Source of the DNA: a virus
Taxonomy: Duplodnaviria > Caudoviricetes
IMG/VR virus record: IMGVR_UViG_3300030397_000152
Span: 1 to 41,581 of that record
Direction: 5' to 3' (one strand)
DNA length: 41,581 nucleotides
The translations under genes and the position numbers were made by a program. The notes under the pieces are model-generated. The model ran no database searches and was not told the origin of the DNA. It saw only the letters and a program-made list of their open reading frames with translations. Below, piece by piece: positions 6,347-15,080 of this stretch. Each line of letters starts with the position of its first letter. The stretch's first letter is position 1.

Positions 6347-6586
6347 ATGGAAAACTATATTGTAGAAAACAAAGAATTAAGGCGAGATATCGACGAGTTA
6401 CTTCAAAAGCTGAAAAACTCTGGAAGGAAAAGTCGAGAACGATCCTTATCAATAACAAAGTTGCAGGAGGCAATTATGTGGCTTGGGATGGATTTAAAGG
6501 AACTTGGTACAGAAAACCCGTATCCAAACTCTAAAAATCCAGAAAACACAATCGTCGATCCAACAGCTGACAAATTAAAGTTGTAA
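6347..6586 (+). CDS. Acb2/Tad1-type helical-hairpin protein (candidate immune-signal sponge)
   Basis: 79 aa from ATG 6347 (AGGGG RBS); SRERSLSITKLQEAIMW resembles the SRE-x-AL-T-x-EEA-x-MW hairpin motif of the Tad1/Acb2-like fold. Confidence 0.6.
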   Translation: MENYIVENKELRRDIDELLQKLKNSGRKSRERSLSITKLQEAIMWLGMDLKELGTENPYPNSKNPENTIVDPTADKLKL

Positions 6587-6601
6587 GGAAAGGAACTACC
6601 C

Positions 6602-7012
6602 ATGGCAGTTTATCTAATTAAACAGCTGAAAGAGATTCCAGCTGAAGGAGTTTTAGTGTCTGCTCGAACACAAGCACAAGCTATCAATCGAGCACTGAAT
6701 GGCGTATTCGGGGCTCCAAAAAGCCTGAACGCTAACGAGGCAGTAGAGGCCATGCAAAAAGGGCTGGCCTACCTCGAAGTAAAGGAAGACGAAGCCGAGG
6801 AAGTTGTCGAAGAGACAAATAATCGGGAACCCGTCCCAGCCAGTGAAGTATTGGAAGAAGCTGCTCCAGCCCCAGAGATGGTCAGTGACCCTCTTCCGGA
6901 GCCAGTGGCTAAGCCAAAGGCTGCAAAGCCTGATCCTGGCGCATCAATAAAACCAGACCCAGTTCAAGCACTGCCACAACAAATGGCACCAGGCAACCAA
7001 CAAGGGTTCTAA
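6602..7012 (+). CDS. Hypothetical protein with Pro/Glu-rich tail
   Basis: AAGGA RBS; LVSARTQAQA motif followed by a disordered tail. Confidence 0.7.
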   Translation: MAVYLIKQLKEIPAEGVLVSARTQAQAINRALNGVFGAPKSLNANEAVEAMQKGLAYLEVKEDEAEEVVEETNNREPVPASEVLEEAAPAPEMVSDPLPEPVAKPKAAKPDPGASIKPDPVQALPQQMAPGNQQGF

Positions 7013-7053
7013 CTTAAAATCGCTCAGGCAACTGAGTCCTACAAGGAGAAAAG

Positions 7054-7557
7054 ATGACAACTAAAGAAGCAGCAGCAACATATCTCCGACAACACCTTAT
7101 TGGAACAAGAGGCCGTAGCGTTGTCGTATTTAATCCACACAATAAGCCAGAAGAGGAACTACCTTACATTACAGCATTTTCAAATGGTGGTAGTCCTGGC
7201 TGGAAAACCTGCTATGCCATAGCCGATAACGGAAAAGTCATTGGTAGTCATATTTGTTCTGATGAACATTATGCACCAGCTGATCTAGCTGTTATTGAAG
7301 GTTATCGAACTGATAGGCATAAAACCTATCAAGAGCACTATCCTGATGGATACCGAATGCGATTCATTTTTGAAAAGGACGTGAAGTCTGACAAAATCTT
7401 GGCTAAAGCCTTAGAAGAAAATAAGAAGTTAAAGGAGAAACATGATGCTGGAGACAAACAAGAAAATCGAGAGATGGCTAAGGAAGGAGTCGATCAGTCA
7501 GACGCTCAAGGATCGCCTGAAACGACAAGTAAAAGCACTGAAGACTCGAACAGCTAA
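7054..7557 (+). CDS. Hypothetical protein
   Basis: AAGGAG RBS, 167 aa. Confidence 0.75.
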   Translation: MTTKEAAATYLRQHLIGTRGRSVVVFNPHNKPEEELPYITAFSNGGSPGWKTCYAIADNGKVIGSHICSDEHYAPADLAVIEGYRTDRHKTYQEHYPDGYRMRFIFEKDVKSDKILAKALEENKKLKEKHDAGDKQENREMAKEGVDQSDAQGSPETTSKSTEDSNS

Positions 7558-7600
7558 GCTGGAAGAAGTCATCAATAAACCAACAAGGAAGGAAGCATAA
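7442..7600 (+). CDS. 52-aa basic coiled-coil protein (not in ORF track)
   Basis: AAGGAG RBS before ATG 7442; MMLETNKKIERWLRKES...KPTRKEA; TAATG-coupled to the ERF gene. Confidence 0.55.
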   Translation: MMLETNKKIERWLRKESISQTLKDRLKRQVKALKTRTAKLEEVINKPTRKEA

Positions 7601-8313
7601 TGACTGAACAGCTAGAACGACGAGTTGAATCAAAAGAACCCATAACGATTCACGATAGACGCACTGAAGTTCTTGAGGCATTAAAACAGATTCAATCTGA
7701 CCTAAAAGCCCCAAAGTCTCAGTTCAACAGTTACGGAAAATACAGGTACCGAAGTGCTGAGGATGTATTGGACGCACTAAAACCGCACCTGAATAAGCTA
7801 GGTTGTGTTGTCCTATTATCCGATCAATTAGAGGTCATCGGCGACAGGCACTATATCCGAGCTACTGCCACACTCACTCACTCTGCGACTGGCGCTAGTG
7901 TTTCTGTGTTTGGCTATGCTAGAGAAGAGGCTCAGAAGAAGGGTATGGATTCCTCTCAGATTACAGGCGCCTGTTCAAGTTATGCTAGAAAATATGCCTT
8001 GAATGGCCTTTTTGCTATTGATGACAATGCTGACAGTGACCAAACCAATACACACGGCAAGGTTCAAAATCAGCAGTCTCCACCTCCGATTGCCAATCCG
8101 AGAGAATATGTGTTCCAAAACGGTGAGCTGGCCGGAAAGAAACTCTGTGACATTGATGTAAGTGGCGTAGAGGTTTTACAGCGAGTATTTGATAATTATG
8201 GGTCTGGAATGCCACAAGAGCTACAGAATGCCATCAAGGAACACTTGGCGTTTATCAAGCAGCTTAGTGCTAACCAGCCTCAGCCCCAAGAAATGAAAGC
8301 AGGTGGATTTTAA
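7600..8313 (+). CDS. erf: ERF-family single-strand annealing protein
   Basis: YRYRSAEDVL and QITGACSSYARKYALNGLFAIDD ERF signature. Confidence 0.9.
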   Translation: MTEQLERRVESKEPITIHDRRTEVLEALKQIQSDLKAPKSQFNSYGKYRYRSAEDVLDALKPHLNKLGCVVLLSDQLEVIGDRHYIRATATLTHSATGASVSVFGYAREEAQKKGMDSSQITGACSSYARKYALNGLFAIDDNADSDQTNTHGKVQNQQSPPPIANPREYVFQNGELAGKKLCDIDVSGVEVLQRVFDNYGSGMPQELQNAIKEHLAFIKQLSANQPQPQEMKAGGF

Positions 8314-8699
8314 TGCAGGATCAAAATTTTGTATCGAGAAAGAATGAGTGGGAAGAAGATACCGTTTCGGTTCCCATGAACAAAGAAGACTATGAAGCCA
8401 AGTCCGGAGAGATCGGAGCTGCTATTGAAGAGCTGGCTGAAATTGAAATCGAAAAAGCAGATGTTGCCAAACGATTGAAGAACGCTCAAAAGAAAGTAGA
8501 GAACTTAGCTTCTCAGATCGCTTCTAAGCAGATTGCCAAAAAGGTTCCGACTATGTGGTTATTCAATGAACCAGCAAAGAAAAAGAAGCAGATTGCCAGA
8601 CTTGAGAGCGGTGAAATTATTGATATCGTTGAGCTGGATATGCAGCCTAACGACTTCCAGATGGAGTTAGGAGAAAACGCAAATGCCGAAGGTTATTAA
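8313..8699 (+). CDS. Hypothetical coiled-coil protein
   Basis: TAATG coupling, 128 aa. Confidence 0.7.
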   Translation: MQDQNFVSRKNEWEEDTVSVPMNKEDYEAKSGEIGAAIEELAEIEIEKADVAKRLKNAQKKVENLASQIASKQIAKKVPTMWLFNEPAKKKKQIARLESGEIIDIVELDMQPNDFQMELGENANAEGY

Positions 8700-9036
8700 C
8701 GTTCCTGAGGGTGATGATAAGCAGAAGCTGCACGATCTGATCCTTCAAGCTCAGTTGATCTCCAAACAGTCAGAGCCCCACTTGAGGGCTCTGAAGGAGA
8801 TCGAGGCTGAAGTTGGTCTTGTAAATATGAAGATGGCTCATGTGGTTCAAGAACTGTACCCAGAATCTAAGGATTTTTTTAATGTGAGCTACAACTACAA
8901 TGAATCTAATGGAAATATTGAGATCAAGATGATGACAAAAAAAGAACACATGATGTCTACAATGCCTGACAATATTCCGGAAGAGATAAAGAGAATGCTT
9001 GTTGCGATGCTTGGAGATAAGGAGTCTGAATCATAA
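8683..9036 (+). CDS. Hypothetical protein
   Basis: AGGAG RBS, 117 aa. Confidence 0.7.
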   Translation: MPKVINVPEGDDKQKLHDLILQAQLISKQSEPHLRALKEIEAEVGLVNMKMAHVVQELYPESKDFFNVSYNYNESNGNIEIKMMTKKEHMMSTMPDNIPEEIKRMLVAMLGDKESES

Positions 9037-9902
9037 TGGAATACTTTACAGGGGATGACGTAGATAAAAAGAAAAAAGAACTCAAGAAAAAAGAGTTCAC
9101 TGTTTACAGGCAGTCCAATTTAAAAAACTATTGGACTTGCCCTCGAATGTTTCAATTGTCACAGGATTTGCCGGAAGAGGTCGTATCCAACCTCATGCAG
9201 TCTCGAAACACCGCTATGGGACTATTGTTTGAAGGCTATGTTCTTGGGTTTAAAACTCCAGAGAAAGACATCAAGGGAGTTGGAAAGGACGTAAAAGAAC
9301 GCCTTAAAAAAGCAGCTGAACACCTTCTTAACCTCAGCTGTAAGGAGATATTGCAGTTTGGGGATATGAAGGTAAAAGACCTGTTTGGAGACAAGGCTTC
9401 CAAGGCTTACTTTAACCAGATGCTTGTCGGATCACGGCTGGCCCTCACTGGAGAGGCTGACTTATTTCATCCGGACTTTGGGTTCTTTGATATCAAACAC
9501 ACTGAGGACATCGAATTTGCAGGATGGGCCATGAATGCCACCAGGTGGGAACGTCTTCAGTGCATTGTATATCCCTACTTGAGATACCGAGGAACTGGAG
9601 AGCTACATCCGTTTTATTACATCACTGTAGAGACGAAATACTCAAATCCAATTATCAAGGTATTGAGATACAAGCCTACAGAAGCCGACTTCATCTGGTT
9701 AGAGCAAACGATCAACCTCGTCTTTGATGATCCGATCTACGCCGAGAATCCAGGGGAGTACAACGAGAATTGTGTTAAGCAGCGATTCGGTAAGGCCAGA
9801 GGTCGTTGTAAGTTCTTAGAGCATTGTCAGTCAGGCCGTAACAATATGGGTGGCTTTGAAGAGATTATGTTCATGGAGGACGTCACTGATGGACAAGGAT
9901 GA
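9036..9902 (+). CDS. PD-(D/E)xK nuclease, Cas4/AddB-like with probable Fe-S cluster
   Basis: N-terminal CPR, GEADL...DIK core, QxxxY motif, three C-terminal Cys (C...CKFLEHC). Confidence 0.75.
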   Translation: MEYFTGDDVDKKKKELKKKEFTVYRQSNLKNYWTCPRMFQLSQDLPEEVVSNLMQSRNTAMGLLFEGYVLGFKTPEKDIKGVGKDVKERLKKAAEHLLNLSCKEILQFGDMKVKDLFGDKASKAYFNQMLVGSRLALTGEADLFHPDFGFFDIKHTEDIEFAGWAMNATRWERLQCIVYPYLRYRGTGELHPFYYITVETKYSNPIIKVLRYKPTEADFIWLEQTINLVFDDPIYAENPGEYNENCVKQRFGKARGRCKFLEHCQSGRNNMGGFEEIMFMEDVTDGQG

Positions 9903-10461
9903 GCTATTAGCGCTCGTCGGTCTTATTGCAATCATAAAACTGGAGAAAATCAATGGGGAAATTTTATCTGAGTCCGATCAGCAAGCCAACGAGATCGCAC
10001 AAACTACGCTTTTCGAAACAGAAGAAGTACAAACTGGTTCTAGTCCGAAACCTAATGTTTACGGGTTTGACTTTTATTGGCGCCATTACCCTAAGAAAGC
10101 AGGCAAAAAGAAGACGGAGGAAATGTGGGCCAGAGAAGTTAAGGATGAGCCATCTGCTGTAATACGAATCTGGAACTGCTTGTATTTCTACCTGAAGGAA
10201 GTACGAGATGAGAGACGAAAGGGCTTCGATAGAGCCTTTCAGCATGGAGATCGATTCTTTAGGAACCGAGAGGATTGGATAGGATATACGGACACATTGA
10301 TTACAGGTATGGCTGAAGCTATTACGAGGGTTGTGGGTGTATTGGAACAGCTGAAAAATGAGGCCAACATCAATCAACAGGTTGCCCAGCAACAGGCCGT
10401 TCAACAGCCAGTGCAGCCCGTTGGTCCTGTTGAGTTCTACGATATGGAGGATAAGTGGTGA
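9889..10461 (+). CDS. Putative replication initiator / replisome-organiser-like protein
   Basis: FDFYWRHYPKKAGKKK motif typical of phage initiator C-terminal domains; GGAGG RBS supports ATG 9889. Confidence 0.6.
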   Translation: MDKDELLALVGLIAIIKLEKINGEILSESDQQANEIAQTTLFETEEVQTGSSPKPNVYGFDFYWRHYPKKAGKKKTEEMWAREVKDEPSAVIRIWNCLYFYLKEVRDERRKGFDRAFQHGDRFFRNREDWIGYTDTLITGMAEAITRVVGVLEQLKNEANINQQVAQQQAVQQPVQPVGPVEFYDMEDKW

Positions 10462-11129
10462 TGGGAAAACGATACTACGGTGAAATGCCAAAGACATACG
10501 GCGTTGTTGATGTTCAATCTGATGAGATGATGGCCTATCTTTACCTTCCTGTTAAGATGCCAAACTCTGAATCATTCATACTGGAAGACCGACTGAAGTT
10601 TGTTCTTCCAATACTGAATATCATTAAACACGCTGACGATCTAACTGGGAAATACGTTTACCTAACAGTGAAAAATATATTTTGCACAAAGGACAACCCT
10701 GGCAATCGTCCAGGTTGCCACTCTGACGGTTTCCTTACCGATGACATCAATTACATCTGGTACGACAAGGAGCCCACGGTGTTCTATCATCAACCTTTTA
10801 AGGTCGGTGATGATCACATCGTTTCAATGGAACAATTTGAACGACAGGCAAATGAAAACTGTGCGTTAACCTACGAAGATAAGTCGCTTCTTAGGTTGGA
10901 TCAGTATGTCGTTCATAGACCACCAGCGATTAAGGTTCCAGGAATGAGGTTGTTCATCAAGGTTTCTATATCAGACGAGAAATATAATCTGATCGGAAAC
11001 ACCCATAATTATCTTATTGATTATGACTGGAAAATGTATTCCCGAAACCAACTACGAAATCATCCGATTTACAAGGAAAGGGACTACTACAAAGAGGACG
11101 AGATCAATGACAACGATAACGCCAAGTGA
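10461..11129 (+). CDS. Putative 2OG-Fe(II) dioxygenase-like protein
   Basis: RPGCHSDG (HxD), distal VVHR and RLFIKVS, consistent with a double-stranded beta-helix facial triad. Confidence 0.55.
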   Translation: MGKRYYGEMPKTYGVVDVQSDEMMAYLYLPVKMPNSESFILEDRLKFVLPILNIIKHADDLTGKYVYLTVKNIFCTKDNPGNRPGCHSDGFLTDDINYIWYDKEPTVFYHQPFKVGDDHIVSMEQFERQANENCALTYEDKSLLRLDQYVVHRPPAIKVPGMRLFIKVSISDEKYNLIGNTHNYLIDYDWKMYSRNQLRNHPIYKERDYYKEDEINDNDNAK

Positions 11130-11370
11130 GTTTACAAGTCAGTTTACCGTAGCTGCTTCAGAGATGTTCCTTGATCACAGAGAGCCAAAACCTGAAGCTA
11201 AGGCCAGAATATGGTGTGACCATTGCCTCAAGGACATCAGAGCTGCAAAATTCAGCCCCGAAGCTGCATTGAGAGCAATGGAACGATTGATACGGGGCGA
11301 TAGACGATTCCTGAGCTATGGTGACTTGGTTCAGGAAATTGAATCAGAACGAATAATGGAGGTGGGATAG
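11107..11370 (+). CDS. Hypothetical helical protein
   Basis: GAGG RBS supports ATG 11107 within ORF 11017..11370. Confidence 0.6.
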   Translation: MTTITPSEFTSQFTVAASEMFLDHREPKPEAKARIWCDHCLKDIRAAKFSPEAALRAMERLIRGDRRFLSYGDLVQEIESERIMEVG

Positions 11371-11555
11371 TGAATAGTAAGCTTGTAGTAAAGGTGAAAT
11401 TTGATTCTGACTTTGGAATCTTTCGTGAGGTAGAAACTGAGATTTCATATGATTACAAAGATAAATATACGGCCCCATCATATGTGAGGGATGCCATAAA
11501 AATGATTCAAGGGATCATTGACACAAACAAAAAGACTGGAGAAGAAAATGGATAA
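11370..11555 (+). CDS. Hypothetical protein
   Basis: GGAGG RBS, GTG overlapping the upstream stop. Confidence 0.6.
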   Translation: MNSKLVVKVKFDSDFGIFREVETEISYDYKDKYTAPSYVRDAIKMIQGIIDTNKKTGEENG

Positions 11556-11847
11556 CTCAATACCATACAACGAAGTTAGATTTGAAGAATTTTGTGCGAT
11601 GCTTGCTTGTGAGCTCCCTGTAGAAATGGAAGGGATTTCCGGAGAGCAGTGCATTCAAAGACACGAAGAGTTTATTCTTGAAATTAAAATGCACCCAAAA
11701 TACAGATATCTTGCAGCTGTATTTCACAAAATAAGGGAAAGGATGGAGAGCGGTGAAAAGAAAAATAATTCTAGGAGCAACCTTGGTGATAGCCCTATCT
11801 TGGTCACTGGTGAATGCAATATTTATGTACAGAAATCCTCTGGCTAA
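11548..11847 (+). CDS. Hypothetical protein
   Basis: GGAG RBS before MDNSIPY within ORF 11518..11847. Confidence 0.6.
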   Translation: MDNSIPYNEVRFEEFCAMLACELPVEMEGISGEQCIQRHEEFILEIKMHPKYRYLAAVFHKIRERMESGEKKNNSRSNLGDSPILVTGECNIYVQKSSG

Positions 11848-11926
11848 TCAGTTTCAAGTGATGCTACACATATCTGACGCCTTTAAATTTAAGAAGCTGG
11901 ATAAATTTCAGTTTCAAAATAGGTAA
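11753..11926 (+). CDS. 57-aa single-pass membrane protein (not in ORF track)
   Basis: GGAG RBS, GTG start; MKRKIILGATLVIALSWSLVNAIFMYRNP... Confidence 0.55.
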   Translation: MKRKIILGATLVIALSWSLVNAIFMYRNPLANQFQVMLHISDAFKFKKLDKFQFQNR

Positions 11927-11984
11927 TATATAAGTAGGACATGTACAATTTGCATATGTCTCAGTTCAGATATGGAGGATCACA

Positions 11985-12083
11985 GTGAGTAAATGTACTA
12001 AGTGCGGAAAAGGATTTGAGACACCTAAAGGGGTTTCTTGCAATACTTGCTCAGATTGTGCAAAGAGGATTTTTGGACAATGA
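11985..12083 (+). CDS. 32-aa zinc-finger microprotein (not in ORF track)
   Basis: GGAGG RBS, GTG start; MSKCTKCGKGFETPKGVSCNTCSDCAKRIFGQ; ATGA overlap with the next gene. Confidence 0.6.
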   Translation: MSKCTKCGKGFETPKGVSCNTCSDCAKRIFGQ

Positions 12084-12286
12084 AAAAAGTAATAGCAACA
12101 CAAGTTCCAAAACACAACCACCTTCGAAGAGAAGCGGAATCCGGAAAGGATGCTGCACCCAGGAGGTTGATGGAGCAATGGAACCTAGATCGAATTGACG
12201 GAATAAGACGGAAGGATATCGAACGGCTCGTTGTAATGCACAAAGGACGTCGGATGCTTCCAGTGATTGGAGAAGATGCAAAATGA
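12080..12286 (+). CDS. Small basic hypothetical protein
   Basis: GAGG RBS supports ATG 12080; ATGA overlap with the ligase. Confidence 0.6.
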   Translation: MKKVIATQVPKHNHLRREAESGKDAAPRRLMEQWNLDRIDGIRRKDIERLVVMHKGRRMLPVIGEDAK

Positions 12287-13299
12287 GGAAAATGGTAACA
12301 ATACGGGAAATAAGTGATATCAACCCTATCAAGGATGCAGATGCTATTGAGCTGGCTTCAGTTGATGGATGGAATGTTGTTGTTCGGAAGGGTGAGTTTG
12401 AGATTGGACAAAAAGTCTACTACTTCGAGATCGATTCTTGTCTTCCAACAAAACTAGAGCGATTTGAGTTTCTTGCTGCACGAGGCGAAAAAAAAGTAAT
12501 CCACGAAGAACAGGAGAAACGAGTTCACGTCTTAAAAACAATTAAGCTACGAGGTCAGATATCTCAAGGTCTGATACAGCCTGTAGCAGATGAGCCGATT
12601 GCAGATAAAGAAATTGGGGAAGATGTATCTGAGTGGTTTGGCGTTTTCAAATATGAGCCACCTATACCAGCGAACTTAGCTGGGGTATGTAAAAGCACAT
12701 TCCCAAGCTTCGTTAAAAAGACGGATGAGGAGCGAGTTCAAAACTTATCAAAAAACCTTGAAGACTGGAAAGGTGAGAAATTTGTCGTCACTGAAAAGCT
12801 GGATGGAACTTCATTCACAGCCTACCTAAACGAAGGTGAGTTTGGTGTCTGTAGTAGGAATATGGACTTGGAAAGAAGTGAGGACAACACTTACTGGAAG
12901 TACGCCATAGAAAATAATATTGAAAAGAAAATGAGAAGTTTTAAAGGCATGAAAAATTTCGCCATTCAGGGAGAGCTTGTTGGTGAGGGTATTCAAAAAA
13001 ACCGATACAAAATAAAAGGACATCAAGTTTTCTTTTTTACCATGTTTTCAATTGACGGTTTTCACCCACTCTGTCATTCCGATGCTGAAAGATACTTTAA
13101 GCAAATGCAGCTTCCGACAGTCCCATTTCTTAAATACCTTATATTGGATCACACCGTTGACGATCTACTTGAAGAAGCGAAAATTCTTTCTACCCTTCAA
13201 AAAACACAAGCTGAAGGTATTGTTATCCGGAAAAAAGAAGACGGAACCATATCCTTTAAAGCAATCAACAACAATTTTCTTTTGAAGGAGAAAGGCTAA
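12283..13299 (+). CDS. ATP-dependent RNA ligase, DRB0094/Rnl2-like with N-terminal OB-type domain
   Basis: PIKDADAIELASVDGWNVVV N-domain; motifs EKLDGTS, SRN, QGELVG, EGIVIR, SFKAINNNFLLK. Confidence 0.9.
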   Translation: MRKMVTIREISDINPIKDADAIELASVDGWNVVVRKGEFEIGQKVYYFEIDSCLPTKLERFEFLAARGEKKVIHEEQEKRVHVLKTIKLRGQISQGLIQPVADEPIADKEIGEDVSEWFGVFKYEPPIPANLAGVCKSTFPSFVKKTDEERVQNLSKNLEDWKGEKFVVTEKLDGTSFTAYLNEGEFGVCSRNMDLERSEDNTYWKYAIENNIEKKMRSFKGMKNFAIQGELVGEGIQKNRYKIKGHQVFFFTMFSIDGFHPLCHSDAERYFKQMQLPTVPFLKYLILDHTVDDLLEEAKILSTLQKTQAEGIVIRKKEDGTISFKAINNNFLLKEKG

Positions 13300-13300
13300 T

Positions 13301-13537
13301 ATGAATAATTTACTACTGAGTCCGGCAAGCCCAGCCAGCCCACTGAACCCTGTAAACCCTGCAAGTCCATTCAACCCTATACACCATGAGGTGTTAGAGG
13401 ATCGAAGTTATAAGGATGAATGCTTATCAGACCAAGGTGAGGTTGTTACTGGCCCATTATTCGCTCTCTGCTTTATTGTTGTTTTAGCATCAATTGCATT
13501 ATTGTGGTTTGTGCTAAGTAAACTTTTCAATAAATGA
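13301..13537 (+). CDS. Small membrane protein with SP/NP tripeptide repeats
   Basis: SPASPASPLNPVNPASPFNP followed by a C-terminal hydrophobic helix. Confidence 0.7.
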   Translation: MNNLLLSPASPASPLNPVNPASPFNPIHHEVLEDRSYKDECLSDQGEVVTGPLFALCFIVVLASIALLWFVLSKLFNK

Positions 13538-14436
13538 CAACTCAGTTCTACGCTATGGATGACGTAAAACAGAACGGGATGTTCCCTATCACACTGGAAG
13601 AGGCCAAGAAGCTGAATGGTCGTGGATATGGAATCTTCTTTGCCGTACAGGAACTCCATTCCGACGTAAGGCAAATTAAGAACCTGAAAGCCATCCGATG
13701 TATCGCCCTTGATATCGACACCGAGGAAGGTGGAAAGCAAGAGATATTAGGACAAATTCAGAAATCGCCTCTACTGCCATCATTAATTGTAGAATCCAAG
13801 AATGGCTATCACGTCTACTGGATATTTAAACGTGAAAGCTGGGTCAGCGCTGATGATCCGGAGCAGGTCGCTGAAGATTACAGGATATTCCTACAAGAGA
13901 GGTTTGTTCCTATCTTCAAATCTGACGAACGATGCTGCGATGTCACGAGGGTTCTTCGTATGCCACACTTTAACCACCTCAAAAATCCAGATAGCCCTTT
14001 CTTGGTGAAACCTATCTATGAAAGCAAAAACCTCTACACCCTCGATGACATCAAGGCAGCATTTCCAATTATCTCTCCACACCAGAAGCCCACTCGCTAC
14101 TCAGTGACTGAGAAGTACGACATGAAGTTTCCGGCTGATCTGAGTGTAGAGAATATCAAGAGAAATGTAAGCATCATGGCTCTTGCGGAACGAATGGGAT
14201 TATCACTCAAGAAACAGGGTGCAGTATACAAGACACGATGCACTCTGCCGTTTCATGGTCGTGGGGATAAGAATGGATCGTTGGCCATTTACCCAGATAG
14301 CAACAGCTTTCATTGTTTTGGTTGCGGGGCTGGAGGAAGTGTGATTGATTTTTACATTGCTTACTGTGAAGAAGTGTCGGTTCATGAGGCCATACTTGGT
14401 CTCAAAAAAATGTTTGGAGGTAATAATGTCGAATAA
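13534..14436 (+). CDS. DNA primase: RepB'/AEP-like catalytic domain plus C-terminal CHC2 zinc finger
   Basis: ALDID, ESKNGYHVYW, DVTRVLRMP; CTLPFH...FHCFGCGAGGSVIDF. Confidence 0.8.
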   Translation: MTTQFYAMDDVKQNGMFPITLEEAKKLNGRGYGIFFAVQELHSDVRQIKNLKAIRCIALDIDTEEGGKQEILGQIQKSPLLPSLIVESKNGYHVYWIFKRESWVSADDPEQVAEDYRIFLQERFVPIFKSDERCCDVTRVLRMPHFNHLKNPDSPFLVKPIYESKNLYTLDDIKAAFPIISPHQKPTRYSVTEKYDMKFPADLSVENIKRNVSIMALAERMGLSLKKQGAVYKTRCTLPFHGRGDKNGSLAIYPDSNSFHCFGCGAGGSVIDFYIAYCEEVSVHEAILGLKKMFGGNNVE

Positions 14437-14617
14437 AACACGAGTAAAAATTAATCTTAAAGATAGCCCTTTCTTCGGTGAGGTAGGCTATATAGACGGT
14501 TATGTTTATGAAGCTCAAGGAGATTCTTCAGAGATCTATGGGTATGTCATGGCTATTGTGATTGTAGATAAAAAGATAACGGAGATTAGCATAGATTGTT
14601 TGGAGGTGCTTAAATGA
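14426..14617 (+). CDS. Small SH3/KOW-like hypothetical protein
   Basis: GGAGG RBS supports ATG 14426; GEVGYIDG motif. Confidence 0.6.
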   Translation: MSNKTRVKINLKDSPFFGEVGYIDGYVYEAQGDSSEIYGYVMAIVIVDKKITEISIDCLEVLK

Positions 14618-14811
14618 ACAGTAGACGCAGAATGTATACAATAATTCTTGTTGCATTAATTGAGTTGATTGCTCTTGGGTTAGGTGTTTATTTTTTAGCT
14701 AAAAATATTCAACCGCAAGCTTTCTTTTTATTGGCTGGTTGCCTGATATTACTGAAGTGGTTGCGTGACGACCTTGAGCACCTCAAAGATTCTACAAACG
14801 AAAGGATATGA
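14614..14811 (+). CDS. Small two-helix membrane protein
   Basis: GGAGG RBS; two hydrophobic segments. Confidence 0.65.
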   Translation: MNSRRRMYTIILVALIELIALGLGVYFLAKNIQPQAFFLLAGCLILLKWLRDDLEHLKDSTNERI

Positions 14812-15080
14812 TTATGAAAACAAAAGCATACCGAGTTAATGTTCAAAATATAAAAACAGTTGAGGATGTTGCAGCTATTCTCATGGTATTGAACCCTGTG
14901 GTCACTATGCCTGACCCAAAGTTACAGGGGGAAATTGAAGAGTCCGGACTTTTTGTTGAATGCTGCATCAAGTGTGGAATTGAGAATCCGGAAACAGTTC
15001 CTGATGCACCAGTATCACTTTGTACCAAGTGTTTCGAAGCGGAGAAGTCCAGTGCAATCAAGAAGAAGATTGTTTCGTAA
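14808..15080 (+). CDS. Hypothetical protein with C-terminal zinc finger
   Basis: CIKC...CTKC. Confidence 0.65.
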   Translation: MIMKTKAYRVNVQNIKTVEDVAAILMVLNPVVTMPDPKLQGEIEESGLFVECCIKCGIENPETVPDAPVSLCTKCFEAEKSSAIKKKIVS

